A stretch of 64,000 nt of DNA from Candidatus Woesebacteria bacterium RIFCSPLOWO2_01_FULL_44_24b (GCA_001793235.1 MGHM01000020.1:33677-97676), one strand, 5' to 3'; counted from the stretch's first letter, positions 27,883-37,667 are shown. The notes: generated by a model from the sequence alone, not told the origin. Translations and numbers: made by a program.

Positions 27883-28416
27883 ATGTCAGAAAGGCTGTTC
27901 CGCCTTCCCGGGGACGAGGGGATTTATGATTTCTCTCGACTTGACTACGGTGAAGGATTTCAAAAAACACTGTTGCCTTGCGAAGTAATCAGGGACGAAG
28001 AATTATGCCTTGGGATTATAGGCAATTCTTGCTTGAGGCCGGACAAGCTTCATCTCAATGAAAGAGATAAAAACCCTGTTGTCGTAAGTATCCAAAGCAC
28101 AGGAGAAATAAAAAGGCTGGACTTACCTGGAAAATCAGCAGAAATCATATTTGATCCTGATAGTTGCGGAAAGCACACCGCTCGCGAAATAGTGAGTACT
28201 ACTATGGGTGGAAGGCCAGATAGACGTGATAATCTCTACACGGCAACAGTCGGACAAATTAACAGTGCAGGTTGGGTTGCTTTTTGGGCTCCAATCCAAC
28301 TTGAATACAAAACTCGCCATGCTCGAATTGTCGCCAACACAACAATAAATTACAATATTGACCCAACCGAATCTGACTTAGCAAACTTAGCCAGTGTTCT
28401 CACAAAAAGGCAATAG
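27883..28416 (+). CDS. Hypothetical protein
   Basis: 177-aa ORF with no recognisable motifs; intergenic spacing is consistent with an independent gene. Confidence 0.45.
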   Translation: MSERLFRLPGDEGIYDFSRLDYGEGFQKTLLPCEVIRDEELCLGIIGNSCLRPDKLHLNERDKNPVVVSIQSTGEIKRLDLPGKSAEIIFDPDSCGKHTAREIVSTTMGGRPDRRDNLYTATVGQINSAGWVAFWAPIQLEYKTRHARIVANTTINYNIDPTESDLANLASVLTKRQ

Positions 28417-28451
28417 TAAGAAATAATCAATAATCTGGTTTATAATGACTT

Positions 28452-28973
28452 ATGGCGAAGCCAAATGCTATGCCCGAGGTTGACTCCGTCAAAAAAGAAA
28501 CAGTCCGCTTGGGGAAATACCTCAACGAAGTAACAACCATAACCGACTCCACAGGCAAAGTGCTCCATAAGTTAGTTAAACCAGTGATGACCGAGTTTTA
28601 CCTCCGTGACGTTATCCAGGTGATAGTCGGGGCCACAATTCTGTCCATCCCGATAGCCTTTACCGAAGAGGTCTGGAAGCTTGGCGAGAAGTTGCCGTGG
28701 GCAAACATCGCGACCCTCGTCGGTGTTTCGCTTTTCTTTATTGCAATTTTTGTCTATTACAACTACTACATGGGGAGTCTCTCTAAAAACTGGTTCAACT
28801 TCATCAAGCGAGTGGCCTCAACTTATCTTATTTCGCTTTTGGTTGTTTCTTTTTTGATGACTATTATTGACCAAGCAAGTTGGCAGGCTTTGTGGGAGCT
28901 ATCCCTCAAGCGAGTCTTTATCGTCGCCTTCCCCGCCTCAATGAGCGCTGTGGTGAGTGATTCTATAAAATAG
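28452..28973 (+). CDS. Hypothetical integral membrane protein
   Basis: 173 aa with four predicted transmembrane segments. Confidence 0.5.
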   Translation: MAKPNAMPEVDSVKKETVRLGKYLNEVTTITDSTGKVLHKLVKPVMTEFYLRDVIQVIVGATILSIPIAFTEEVWKLGEKLPWANIATLVGVSLFFIAIFVYYNYYMGSLSKNWFNFIKRVASTYLISLLVVSFLMTIIDQASWQALWELSLKRVFIVAFPASMSAVVSDSIK

Positions 28974-29322
28974 AGTTGTAATTCTTAAGTTCTACTACTT
29001 TTACTTCCTTCACTTTTCCTTGATGCTTAATATTATCAGTCACCAGAATTGCACCAAATTGGCTAGCTAAAGAAATAAAACTGGCATCGTAATATGTTAG
29101 ACCGAACTTGGACGCAAACTCATAGGTGCTCTGGGCTAGTTTCTGAGATTCGTTTACATATAAAATTGGTAAGTTGTAAAACTTCTCTAATACAGTTTTT
29201 GCTTTGTTCACAGCTAGCTGTTTACTCTTAAGAAGCGCATCCGCTTTATCTAAGTTATCCTCGCTGTCTGAATTCAGCCATTTGATTATAACCGAAGAGT
29301 CTACTGCGATATATTTCGGCAT
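28963..29322 (-). CDS. PIN-domain toxin (VapC family)
   Basis: 'MPKYIAVDSSVIIKWL...YYDASFISLA...LVTDN' is the PIN acidic-residue pattern; its start overlaps the upstream antitoxin stop codon. Confidence 0.65.
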   Translation of the reverse strand: MPKYIAVDSSVIIKWLNSDSEDNLDKADALLKSKQLAVNKAKTVLEKFYNLPILYVNESQKLAQSTYEFASKFGLTYYDASFISLASQFGAILVTDNIKHQGKVKEVKVVELKNYNSIL

Positions 29323-29585
29323 TAGTGGGATTGCCTGTCTTTTTCTAAAAACTCGGCAGCACTCATTGCCCCCCGGCCTTTAACAGCCCGTGATTTCCTG
29401 ATTCCCTTCCAAATCTTTTCCCAATCATATTTAGGCTTATGAGGCTTTAAGATAACTTCATCCTGTTTCACCATGGAAACTGAGACAACAGAATCGGTCG
29501 ATAACCATTTAGCAGCCTTCCTAATCTGGTCAGGTATTGTCAGCTGGCCTCGGCTTCGTACCATACTTACTTTTTGCAAATTCAT
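29322..29585 (-). CDS. AbrB/MazE (SpoVT-AbrB) type antitoxin
   Basis: 'VRSRGQLTIPDQIRKAAKWLSTDSVVSV' is a swapped-hairpin beta-barrel motif; it lies upstream of and overlaps the PIN gene. Confidence 0.6.
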   Translation of the reverse strand: MNLQKVSMVRSRGQLTIPDQIRKAAKWLSTDSVVSVSMVKQDEVILKPHKPKYDWEKIWKGIRKSRAVKGRGAMSAAEFLEKDRQSH

Positions 29586-29615
29586 ATTTTCAGAATATCA
29601 GATTATCTGAATATG

Positions 29616-30806
29616 TCAATTTGTGGGTTCAAATCTGTAGATCTTATCATCCCCCTCACGCACGTTTCCCCGGCCGTCGCGGTTACTGGTACTAAAATAA
29701 ATCAAGCCGTCCGGACCTTCGATTACATCGCGAATACGGCCGAAGCTGATGTCCATCTTCTCATAACTCACAATTTCTTCAGGATTACTGTCGTTTACTA
29801 CCACCCTAAAAAGTCCTGCTCCACGGAGTGCCGTAAAGAAGAAGTTATTTTTAAACTGCGGAAAAACTCTGCCGGAATAAAAGCTTGCTCCAGATGGCGC
29901 TTCAGCAGGAGTAAAAACCAGCTTCGGGCTCTCCATCCCCTGAAGCGACCGCTCATGGCTCACGACCGGCCAGCCATAGTTTAAGCCCTTCTTTATCACA
30001 TTTACTTCATCCCCTCCCCCGGGCCCGTCATTGCCACTGGGCCCATGCTCAGTTTCAAACATTACCCCACTTGTGTGCCAAGCTATGCCTTGGGGGTTCC
30101 TGTGGCCATAGCTCCAAATCAATGATGAGAAAGGATTGTCAGTGGGAACCGTGCCGTCGTCGTTCATGCGAAGTATCTTGCCGTTTAATACATTCAAGTT
30201 TTGAGCCTGCTCCTTGGTGGTTGCATCCCCGGTAGTCACATACAATTTATCATCTGGACCAAATTGTATTCTGCAGCCAGCATGAAAGCGCGCGGCAGGA
30301 AAGCTATCCAAAATCACGCGGTCCCGCACCAAGCTGTCGCCTTTGTCAACAAATCTCTCAACCTTATCTGCCATCCCGGAGCCGTTCTGATACGTCAAGC
30401 ATGCATAAACATATTTATTGGAATTATAATTTGGGTGAATAGTAATGCCCATCAAGCCGCTCTCGGCCACTTCCACCACTTCAGTCAACTGAATTAAAGG
30501 GTTTGAATTCAAAGTCCCATTTACTACTTCACGAATAGTGCCACCTCGCTCACTCACAAGCATCCGCGCGGGAGAGGTAAAAACCATGCTCCAGGGAGTA
30601 TCTAGCCCGCGGGTGTATTCAACTATTTCGTAATCAACAGGTTCCAGATTTTCTTGTGAATTTTGCGGTGTGGGAATAAGATTTATTACTTTACCAGGCC
30701 GAACCCCATTTTGGGGCAAGTTATAAGCATAAGCCAAATAAGCCAAGATAGCTAGAACAATAAGTGCAAAAAAAATTACTAATCTTCTGGACTTAAGAAG
30801 TTGCAC
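29616..30806 (-). CDS. PQQ-dependent soluble sugar (glucose/sorbosone) dehydrogenase, membrane-anchored
   Basis: N-terminal transmembrane anchor; beta-propeller motifs 'GLMGITIHP', 'SYGHRNPQGIAW' and 'GPDGLIYFSTSNRDGRG', typical of the YliI/Asd family. Confidence 0.8.
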   Translation of the reverse strand: MQLLKSRRLVIFFALIVLAILAYLAYAYNLPQNGVRPGKVINLIPTPQNSQENLEPVDYEIVEYTRGLDTPWSMVFTSPARMLVSERGGTIREVVNGTLNSNPLIQLTEVVEVAESGLMGITIHPNYNSNKYVYACLTYQNGSGMADKVERFVDKGDSLVRDRVILDSFPAARFHAGCRIQFGPDDKLYVTTGDATTKEQAQNLNVLNGKILRMNDDGTVPTDNPFSSLIWSYGHRNPQGIAWHTSGVMFETEHGPSGNDGPGGGDEVNVIKKGLNYGWPVVSHERSLQGMESPKLVFTPAEAPSGASFYSGRVFPQFKNNFFFTALRGAGLFRVVVNDSNPEEIVSYEKMDISFGRIRDVIEGPDGLIYFSTSNRDGRGNVREGDDKIYRFEPTN

Positions 30807-30846
30807 TGGAGTTATTATACCAAAAACTTGCTTACCACGTTCTACG

Positions 30847-30921
30847 TGGTGAGCCCGGGAGGGCTCGAACCTCCAACCATCACCTTAAAAGGGTGTTGCT
30901 CTACCATTGAGCTACGGGCCC
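30847..30921 (-). tRNA. tRNA-Lys (anticodon UUU)
   Basis: Reverse complement 'GGGCCCGTAGCTCAATGGTAGAGCAACACCCTTTTAAGGTGATGGTTGGAGGTTCGAGCCCTCCCGGGCTCACCA' has anticodon loop 'CTTTTAA' and an encoded CCA. Confidence 0.85.
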
Positions 30922-31011
30922 AGGAAACTCCAATATTATACCTTTTGGCTAAGGAAACTTCAAAATAAATATATCCTTGCCTTTTCGGACCAAGAATATA
31001 TACTAAAAGTA

Positions 31012-31710
31012 ATGATTAATAAAAGTTCAGTAAGAGATCGGAACAAAGAATTTTTCAAAGCTTGTATCGAGCTGAGGAAACAAGGTCTCAGTTACAGCGA
31101 GATTCGTGCTCAAGTGCCAGTCGCAAAGTCAACTCTCCAAAATTGGCTGACTTTAGCAGGCCTGACTCTTACAAAAGAACATCTCGAAATACAGTTACGA
31201 AAAAGGGTAGAAAGCAGAAGTGCAGCAACTGAAGCCTCGAGGCTTACAAGAGCTCAAAATACAGAAGATGAAATTAACAAAATGATTCAAGAGACTCGGA
31301 AATTCTTTGGTGATCCCCTCTTTATCACAGGAACTATCTTATATGAGGCAGAGGGTAGCAAGTCAGGTCAGTGCAAATTTTCCAATTCAGACTCTAGATT
31401 AATAAAAACCTTCCTCTTGTTTCTTGAGAAATTTTTCAAGGTAGATAAAACAAAAAACATAGGATTTTCTCTTTTTGTTCATATCACCAGGAAATATGAT
31501 CTAAATAGGATCAAGTCTTTCTGGGCTCAAGAATTACTTGTCCCAGTGGAAAATGTAAAAGTTTATTGGAAGAAAAATGAAGTTGTTAATAGAAGGAAAA
31601 ATCTTGATTATGTGGGACAAATGCTTGTTAGTGTAAGGGGAATACGCACTTTTAGTAGAAAACTACTGGCGATTTCGGATATAATACTCAGGCCATATTA
31701 TAGAAGTTAA
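31012..31710 (+). CDS. Helix-turn-helix protein with a possible degenerate LAGLIDADG-like C-terminal domain (free-standing endonuclease-like), located in a tRNA cluster
   Basis: N-terminal helix-turn-helix 'LRKQGLSYSEIRAQVPVAKSTLQNWL'; the central 'LFITGTILYEAEGSKSGQCKFSNSDSRLIKTFLLFLEKF' resembles a single LAGLIDADG motif. The ORF-track 5' end (30907) overlaps tRNA-Lys, so the ATG at 31012 is preferred. The assignment is weak. Confidence 0.4.
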   Translation: MINKSSVRDRNKEFFKACIELRKQGLSYSEIRAQVPVAKSTLQNWLTLAGLTLTKEHLEIQLRKRVESRSAATEASRLTRAQNTEDEINKMIQETRKFFGDPLFITGTILYEAEGSKSGQCKFSNSDSRLIKTFLLFLEKFFKVDKTKNIGFSLFVHITRKYDLNRIKSFWAQELLVPVENVKVYWKKNEVVNRRKNLDYVGQMLVSVRGIRTFSRKLLAISDIILRPYYRS

Positions 31711-31717
31711 ATATTTT

Positions 31718-31786
31718 GCCCGGTGGTGTAGTGGTAGCACGCCAGGTTTTGGCCCTGGAAACTGGGGTTCAAGTCCCTGCCGGGCA
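31718..31786 (+). tRNA. tRNA-Gln (anticodon UUG), with an atypically short 69-nt body
   Basis: 'GCCCGGTGGTGTAGTGGTAGCACGCCAGGTTTTGGCCCTGGAAACTGGGGTTCAAGTCCCTGCCGGGCA' has anticodon stem 'CCAGG/CCTGG' and loop 'TTTTGGC'; the D-arm and T-arm look short or atypical. Confidence 0.6.
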
Positions 31787-31810
31787 GCAAGCAGGCATAA
31801 ATTCCTGATG

Positions 31811-31885
31811 TGACCCCATTGGGATTTGAACCCAAGTTACAAGAATGAAAGTCTCGTGTCCTAGACCAGGCTAGACGATGGGGCC
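31811..31885 (-). tRNA. tRNA-Glu (anticodon UUC)
   Basis: Reverse complement 'GGCCCCATCGTCTAGCCTGGTCTAGGACACGAGACTTTCATTCTTGTAACTTGGGTTCAAATCCCAATGGGGTCA' closely parallels E. coli tRNA-Glu; anticodon loop 'CTTTCAT'. Confidence 0.85.
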
Positions 31886-31922
31886 CCTAGTTTGAGTATT
31901 TTAGCACAAAACTTGCTAAAAT

Positions 31923-32459
31923 ATGTATATGGTCAAACATGGGTCAAAGCACTTGAGGCATAACACCCCTACCCAGGAAGAGCTAAAGGAGATCAAAAGA
32001 AACCCGATTTATCTGGTTTTAGATAATGTACTTGATACATATAATATCGGTTCGCTTTTCAGGCTCGCGGACGCCATAGCGGCCGAAAAGTTATATATTT
32101 GCGGAGACTCCGAATATCCGCCATCGTCAAGAATCCACAAATCTGCCGTCGGCACCGAAGAATGGGTGCCTTGGGCGAAAGCAGACAAAGCAATTGAGGT
32201 TATTAAGAGATTAAGAGATAAAGGAGTACGGATAATCTCGGTTGAACAAAATCCCCAAGCTACCAGCTACAAACTACTAACTCCCAATTTTCCTTGTGCC
32301 ATTGTTGTGGGCCACGAAACCAAAGGTGTTTCAAAAGAGGTTTTAAAGCTCTCCGACATTATTGTTGAGCTCCCAATGTACGGCGTCAATAAATCATTTA
32401 ATGTATGGGGATCAGCAGCTGTGATTGCCTACAAAATACTCGAAACTTTAGGAAGATAG
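31923..32459 (+). CDS. SpoU/TrmH-family RNA 2'-O-methyltransferase
   Basis: 'IYLVLDNVLDTYNIGSLFRLADAIAAEKLYI' and the C-terminal knot motifs 'VELPMYGVNKSFNVWGSAAVIAY' of SPOUT methyltransferases. Confidence 0.8.
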   Translation: MYMVKHGSKHLRHNTPTQEELKEIKRNPIYLVLDNVLDTYNIGSLFRLADAIAAEKLYICGDSEYPPSSRIHKSAVGTEEWVPWAKADKAIEVIKRLRDKGVRIISVEQNPQATSYKLLTPNFPCAIVVGHETKGVSKEVLKLSDIIVELPMYGVNKSFNVWGSAAVIAYKILETLGR

Positions 32460-33197
32460 AGCTTCTTCTATAGTTTGCTTTAAACTCTCATATGGAACCG
32501 CTCCTGGCACAAGCCAAACCTCGCCTTTTTTGTTTACTATAAAGTTACCAGGCGTTCCGGTCACTCCTGCTGTTATTCCTCCCTGATAATCATCTTCAAC
32601 TACGCCTTCGTGCCGAGATTCACTAAAGCACTTGTCAAAAGCTGCTTTATTTATCCCCAGCTTGACTGCCGTAGCCGAGTGGTCCGCCAAAGCCACAGCC
32701 TGATTGCCAAAAACTTCGTCGGCATATTTCCAGAAAGCATCCTTCCCACCAAGCTCAGCCACACACTCAGAAGCATTGGCCGCCGGTCTTGCTTTCGGAT
32801 GAATCGAGTCAAGCGGAAAATGCCTGTAAACCCAAGACATTCTTTCTCCATACTCATCTTTCAGCTGTTGAGCTGTCGGGTGGAAACTCCCACAGAAGGG
32901 GCACTCGAAATCCGAATATTCTATTAGGGTTACATCGGCCGATGCCGAACCGCGAATATGATCATCCACGGTTACTTTAGGCAATTCTGCGGCATCCGCG
33001 GCTTCAAGTCTCCCGGAAGTAGGCCCAGATGGCGCTACGGGGGCGTTATTATTTACGGTTGGTGTAGTAGGAGTGCCACCTTTGCCCAGATCGCTTACCT
33101 TTTGCCAGAGCACCCCCACTGCAAACGCAAGGGCTATAACAACTACCAAAAGAATTGGAGCTACTCTATCGTAAAAACTTGCTGTACGTTTTACCAT
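32448..33197 (-). CDS. DsbA-family thiol:disulfide oxidoreductase (membrane-anchored)
   Basis: N-terminal transmembrane segment and a thioredoxin fold with active site 'CPFC' ('YSDFECPFCGSFHP'). Confidence 0.75.
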   Translation of the reverse strand: MVKRTASFYDRVAPILLVVVIALAFAVGVLWQKVSDLGKGGTPTTPTVNNNAPVAPSGPTSGRLEAADAAELPKVTVDDHIRGSASADVTLIEYSDFECPFCGSFHPTAQQLKDEYGERMSWVYRHFPLDSIHPKARPAANASECVAELGGKDAFWKYADEVFGNQAVALADHSATAVKLGINKAAFDKCFSESRHEGVVEDDYQGGITAGVTGTPGNFIVNKKGEVWLVPGAVPYESLKQTIEEALSS

Positions 33198-33224
33198 AAT
33201 GCGACTGACGTCGTGAAACTCATT

Positions 33225-34199
33225 CTAATAGTTCGGAGGCTCTTTGTCTAGATGCTTTAAAGCCTCCATTCCCGCCATACATCCAAAACCGGCAGCAGTC
33301 ACTGCCTGGCGGTAATGAAAATCATGCACATCCCCCGCAACAAATACGCCCTCCTTACTTGTTGCCATCTTATACCCGTCTTTCTCATACCTTTTAACAT
33401 ATCCCTTCTCGTCCAGCTCAACTTGGCCTTTAAAAATTTCAGTCGCGGGAACGTGGCCGATTGCCACAAAAGCGCCCTCAGCCGGAAGCTCGGCGGCTTT
33501 CCCATCTTTATCTTTCACAATAACCTTCTCAAGCTTGTCGCCGCCCACAAATTCAGTAACTTCAGAATTCCAAATTACATTAATCTTTTTATTGGCAAGT
33601 ACCTTCTGCTGCATAGCCTGGGAGGCCCGAAACGCGTCTCTTCTGTGAATGATTGTTACTGAAGTTGCATATTTGGTAAGTACCAGTGCCTCCTCCATTG
33701 CCGAGTCTCCGCCGCCAACCACCACCACCCGTTTCTCCTTAAAAAATGGCGCATCACACGGGGCACAAGAACTTACCCCCCGCCCGCGGAGCTTTTCTTC
33801 ACCGGGAACTCCGAGCCAGTGAGTGCCGGCGCCGGTTCCGATAATCACAGCATTGGCGGAGTACTCCCCGGCATCAGTCTTTAATTTAAAAGGGTTTGAG
33901 GAAAAATCCACACTAACCACATCTTCTGCCTTAAATTCAGCATCAAAGCGCTCGGCTTGAGCGCGCATTTTAGCCACCAACTCCGGCCCCTGAATGCCTT
34001 CTGGAAAACCCGGGTAATTATCTACGTCGGTCGTAAGCATCAGCTGCCCCCCCCAGTTAGCGCCCCCAAGAATCAAGGTAGAAGCTGCGCCACGCGTTGA
34101 GTAAACCGCAGCACTAAAAGCAGAAGGGCCAGACCCTATGATTGCAACATCCCAAGGCTGACCCTCCTGCGGTTTTTCAAAGAATTTAGTATTCTCCAT
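33225..34199 (-). CDS. trxB: Thioredoxin-disulfide reductase
   Basis: FAD motif 'DVAIIGSGPSAFSAAVY', redox-active 'CAPCD' and NADPH motif 'VVVVGGGDSAMEEA'. Confidence 0.9.
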   Translation of the reverse strand: MENTKFFEKPQEGQPWDVAIIGSGPSAFSAAVYSTRGAASTLILGGANWGGQLMLTTDVDNYPGFPEGIQGPELVAKMRAQAERFDAEFKAEDVVSVDFSSNPFKLKTDAGEYSANAVIIGTGAGTHWLGVPGEEKLRGRGVSSCAPCDAPFFKEKRVVVVGGGDSAMEEALVLTKYATSVTIIHRRDAFRASQAMQQKVLANKKINVIWNSEVTEFVGGDKLEKVIVKDKDGKAAELPAEGAFVAIGHVPATEIFKGQVELDEKGYVKRYEKDGYKMATSKEGVFVAGDVHDFHYRQAVTAAGFGCMAGMEALKHLDKEPPNY

Positions 34200-34207
34200 C
34201 AGGAATC

Positions 34208-34468
34208 TTAAACAGTGTCTCCACCCGTTCCGTCAGCTGGTGGCATTCCTCCAACCACTGGGCCTCCCATTACTGACGGCTCAGAAGCTGCTGGCACTGG
34301 AGGTACTACTGACTCTGGCTCCACTGGCTCAATAACCGGTGGATTCACAGATGCACTACCCAATCCAGACCCCATTGATCCAACCGGCTCAACAGGCGCT
34401 GCCGGTGCTGTTCCTGCCATACCTCCTCCAACAACCGGCACGGCTGGCTTCATTTTATTATCATCCAA
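34208..34468 (-). CDS. Pro/Gly/Val-rich low-complexity small protein (doubtful)
   Basis: 86-aa ORF between trxB and trxA on the same strand; it is entirely low complexity and an antisense ORF of similar length exists. Confidence 0.25.
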   Translation of the reverse strand: MDDNKMKPAVPVVGGGMAGTAPAAPVEPVGSMGSGLGSASVNPPVIEPVEPESVVPPVPAASEPSVMGGPVVGGMPPADGTGGDTV

Positions 34469-34483
34469 AATACATCACCTCCT

Positions 34484-34807
34484 TCAATTAACTACTTTCT
34501 TGATTAAATCTTCAAATCCCTTTTTCCCGGCAAACCCAACTTGTCTTCCCTCTTCCCTGCCACCTTTAAAAAGGATAGTGGTAGGGATAGACATTACGCC
34601 ATATTTCCCCGGATTATCCTGATTTTCATCAACATTTATTTTGGCGATAACTACTTTATCTTTATATGCTTCGGAGAGCTCCTCCAAAACCGGTTCCGCG
34701 AGCCTGCAAGGCCCACACCAAGGCGCCCAGAAGTCTACAAGTACAGGGGTTTTACTTTGAAGAACCCTTGCGTCGAAGTCGCCATCTGTAATGTTCACCG
34801 TTGCCAT
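34484..34807 (-). CDS. trxA: Thioredoxin
   Basis: Active site 'WAPWCGPC' and 'GVMSIPTTILFKGG'; 107 aa. Confidence 0.9.
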   Translation of the reverse strand: MATVNITDGDFDARVLQSKTPVLVDFWAPWCGPCRLAEPVLEELSEAYKDKVVIAKINVDENQDNPGKYGVMSIPTTILFKGGREEGRQVGFAGKKGFEDLIKKVVN

Positions 34808-34854
34808 ACGTAAATCACTATACTAACCTAAGCTCAGCGAGTCAAGAATTAATT

Positions 34855-36363
34855 TCACAAACTATACATTTCACTATACTTCTTTTTCAAGTAATCCAAA
34901 AAATAATCAGGCGATAAGGGCTTGCCGGTCACCCTTTTAACAAGCTCCTTCGGCCAATATAAACTGCCGTATTGGTGGATATTTTTCCGCTGCCAGGAAA
35001 GAATGGTCCCAAAATCACCTTCGCGGATTAGTTTCGCCAAAGCCAACTCCCTCTTCATAAAAAACGTAAATTGCGCAGCATACAAGTTGCCTAAAGTGTA
35101 CGTTGGAAAATAGCCAAACGAGCCGTGGCTCCAATGTACATCCTGTAAAACCCCTTCCGAGTCGCTCTTGGGTTCCACCCCCAAATACTTTTTCATCTTG
35201 GTTCTCCAAACTTCGGGCAAGTCCTCGACTTTAATTTTACCATTAATTATGGCCTCTTCAAGCTCAAACCGAAGAGCAATGTGGAGGTTATAAGTCACTT
35301 CGTCAGCTTCTACTCTAATAAGACTCGGGCGGACCATGTTAAATGCTTTACTAAGACTCTCTGCTGTTTCAGCATTTAATTCCTTTTGATAAAAGGCCTT
35401 GAGAACCGGCTCCAAAAACTCCACAAACTCACGGCTTCTGCCAACCTGATTTTCCCAAAAGCGCGATTGAGATTCATGAATACCCAAGCTCACCCCGCCG
35501 GCAAGTGGAGTGCCATCAAATTCCCGCACGATCCCCTGTTCATAAAGCGCGTGTCCGCCTTCGTGCATGGCAACCATCACGGACTCAATAAAATTGTGAG
35601 GAGAATATCTGTTGGTGATTCGCACATCCCCCGCCCCTAGCTCAATAGTAAAAGGGTGGGCTGCCACGTCCATTCTTCCAGCGCTAAAATCATAGCCTAT
35701 CTTATTTAAGACAAAATCGGCAATTTGTTTTTGATAAGTCGGGGAGTACTCAGTAGTCAACAACTTATTTTCATCAATTAAATACGCTTGGGACTTTTTA
35801 ATTTTTGTGAGTAGCGCGCCAAGTTCTTTGACCAAACTGCCAAAGATTACTTTTCCTTCTTTGGTCGTAAAGCCGGGCTCATACATATCAAGTAATGCAT
35901 CATACGGTTTATCGCTATAACCAATGTGCTCAGCGATGATTTTACTTAAGGCAATCACTTTTTTAAGGTGGGGCTCAAATAATTTATATTTATTTTTTTC
36001 TCGAGCTTCACGCCAGGCAAAAAATGCTTTTGAAGTGGTTTCGCTTAAGTTCACAATTGTCTCCTGAGGAACTCTGTGATAAAACTTTGCGCCTTGAACA
36101 AGATTCCTAACTATTGCCTTCTCATGTGCATTCAGGTTCCTAGCTTCTTGGGCCTTCTCTAATGTCTTTTTAAAATCCGTGTCCAGCCATTTGTCGGAAG
36201 TGAGCTTTGTGAGGTAGGCGCTCTGGGCAGACCTTGCTTCCATCGCCCGGCTCGGTAAATTAACCTCCAAATCCCAACTAAGAAGTGCGCTTACGTTATT
36301 AAGAAGAGAAATCTCGCGGTACTGGCTGACCAATTTTTTAACATAAATGTTTTCAATTTTCAT
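34855..36363 (-). CDS. Carboxypeptidase Taq (M32 metallopeptidase)
   Basis: Zinc motif 'HEGGHALYEQG', 'HPF' and 'DxRxT'-like ('DVRITNRY') motifs. The start is taken at 36363 ('MKIENIY'); the ORF-track 5' extension covers a TATAAT box. Confidence 0.85.
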   Translation of the reverse strand: MKIENIYVKKLVSQYREISLLNNVSALLSWDLEVNLPSRAMEARSAQSAYLTKLTSDKWLDTDFKKTLEKAQEARNLNAHEKAIVRNLVQGAKFYHRVPQETIVNLSETTSKAFFAWREAREKNKYKLFEPHLKKVIALSKIIAEHIGYSDKPYDALLDMYEPGFTTKEGKVIFGSLVKELGALLTKIKKSQAYLIDENKLLTTEYSPTYQKQIADFVLNKIGYDFSAGRMDVAAHPFTIELGAGDVRITNRYSPHNFIESVMVAMHEGGHALYEQGIVREFDGTPLAGGVSLGIHESQSRFWENQVGRSREFVEFLEPVLKAFYQKELNAETAESLSKAFNMVRPSLIRVEADEVTYNLHIALRFELEEAIINGKIKVEDLPEVWRTKMKKYLGVEPKSDSEGVLQDVHWSHGSFGYFPTYTLGNLYAAQFTFFMKRELALAKLIREGDFGTILSWQRKNIHQYGSLYWPKELVKRVTGKPLSPDYFLDYLKKKYSEMYSL

Positions 36364-36398
36364 GCGATGAGTGTATCTTACAGAGTATAATATAGTCA

Positions 36399-37667
36399 AT
36401 GAACTTTAAGAACTTGCGCCAAAGGCACCCGAAGTTTGTGTATGAAGAATTTGATTATCGTGTTCACAAAAATTTTCTTCAGATAAAGTTTCATTTTTGG
36501 CTGGCACCGGATACTCACTTCTCCCCCACTTTGGAAATTCCGGTGCCCGATGAAACTTCAGATAACTTAGACAATCTTGTCTTTCACTTGGGTTTGATAG
36601 AAATGATTAGTTATTGGAAAGCAACGTGCTCACCAAACATCGTTATTAAAGCCGGGAAATTGACTGGGGAACAAATTGCCTGGTGGAGGCACTTATTCAT
36701 AAACGGTCTTGGTGAATTTTTCTATCAAAATGAGATAGACTTTAATCAAGAAAACTTTCTGACTATTAATTCCGAAGGAAGCGAATTTGATATTTCCGAA
36801 ACTAAGAAATCCGAAGGCAATTTAATTTTAATAGGCGGCGGCAAAGACTCAGCTGTCACCGCAGAACTTCTTGAAGGTACCGCGCTTCTTCTTAACCCCA
36901 CGGGTGCAGCTCTCAAAGTTACAGAGATCTCGGAGCTTAATTCAATAATTATTAAACGAACCATCGACCCAACACTTCTTCAATTAAATGTTCAGGGCTA
37001 TCTAAACGGCCATACTCCATTTTCTGCTTACCTTTCTTTTCTTTCTCTGCTTGTTGCAAGGCTTTATGGTTTTAAAAATATCGTTGTTTCAAATGAGGCA
37101 AGTGCGGGAGAGGCAAACTTGGAATACTTGGGTTTAAAAGTAAATCACCAATACTCCAAATCATTTGAATATGAAAAATTGTTTAGAGAATACACAAAAA
37201 AATATCTATCAAAAAAGATAAATTATTTCAGTTTCCTGCGTCCCTTAAACGAGCTGCAGATCGCAGCACTCTTTGTGCAAACCGAAAAGTATGACAAAGC
37301 ATTTAATAGCTGCAACATAGGAAGAAACGAGTATTGGTGTGGGGAATGTCCCAAGTGCGCGTTTAGCTTTCTTATCTTATCTTCTTTAATAGACAAAACA
37401 CGTCTCGAGAAAATATTTGGCGAAAGCGATTTCTTTAAAAATGAAAAAATAAAAAGGCATATCAAAGACTTAACCGGCGAGGGCAAACATAAACCCTTGG
37501 ACTGTGTGGGGACTGAAGAAGAAAGTAAAATGGCTCTCAAATTAATTGGCAGTCCCAATGACCAAGGAGTTATTTATAGAATAAAAAATGATTGGTCGGA
37601 TGAGCATTTTTTACCGGAAGAATATAGTAAACTCCTAAAGGACAAAATGGCATCCCTCAAATTATGA
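36399..37667 (+). CDS. PP-loop-like (QueC-superfamily-like) ATP-binding protein with a C-terminal Cys cluster, translationally coupled to murD
   Basis: 'NLILIGGGKDSAVTAELL' is an SGGxDS-like PP-loop, followed later by 'NIGRNEYWCGECPKCAFSF', a zinc-ribbon-like motif. Its stop codon overlaps the murD start ('ATGA' at 37664-37667), and a TATAAT box lies 13 nt upstream of the ATG. Confidence 0.5.
   Translation: MNFKNLRQRHPKFVYEEFDYRVHKNFLQIKFHFWLAPDTHFSPTLEIPVPDETSDNLDNLVFHLGLIEMISYWKATCSPNIVIKAGKLTGEQIAWWRHLFINGLGEFFYQNEIDFNQENFLTINSEGSEFDISETKKSEGNLILIGGGKDSAVTAELLEGTALLLNPTGAALKVTEISELNSIIIKRTIDPTLLQLNVQGYLNGHTPFSAYLSFLSLLVARLYGFKNIVVSNEASAGEANLEYLGLKVNHQYSKSFEYEKLFREYTKKYLSKKINYFSFLRPLNELQIAALFVQTEKYDKAFNSCNIGRNEYWCGECPKCAFSFLILSSLIDKTRLEKIFGESDFFKNEKIKRHIKDLTGEGKHKPLDCVGTEEESKMALKLIGSPNDQGVIYRIKNDWSDEHFLPEEYSKLLKDKMASLKL

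Noticed and set aside
34215-34622. 135-aa plus-strand Pro/Gly-rich ORF
   Set aside because: It is the antisense reflection of the low-complexity minus-strand ORF and trxA; no support.
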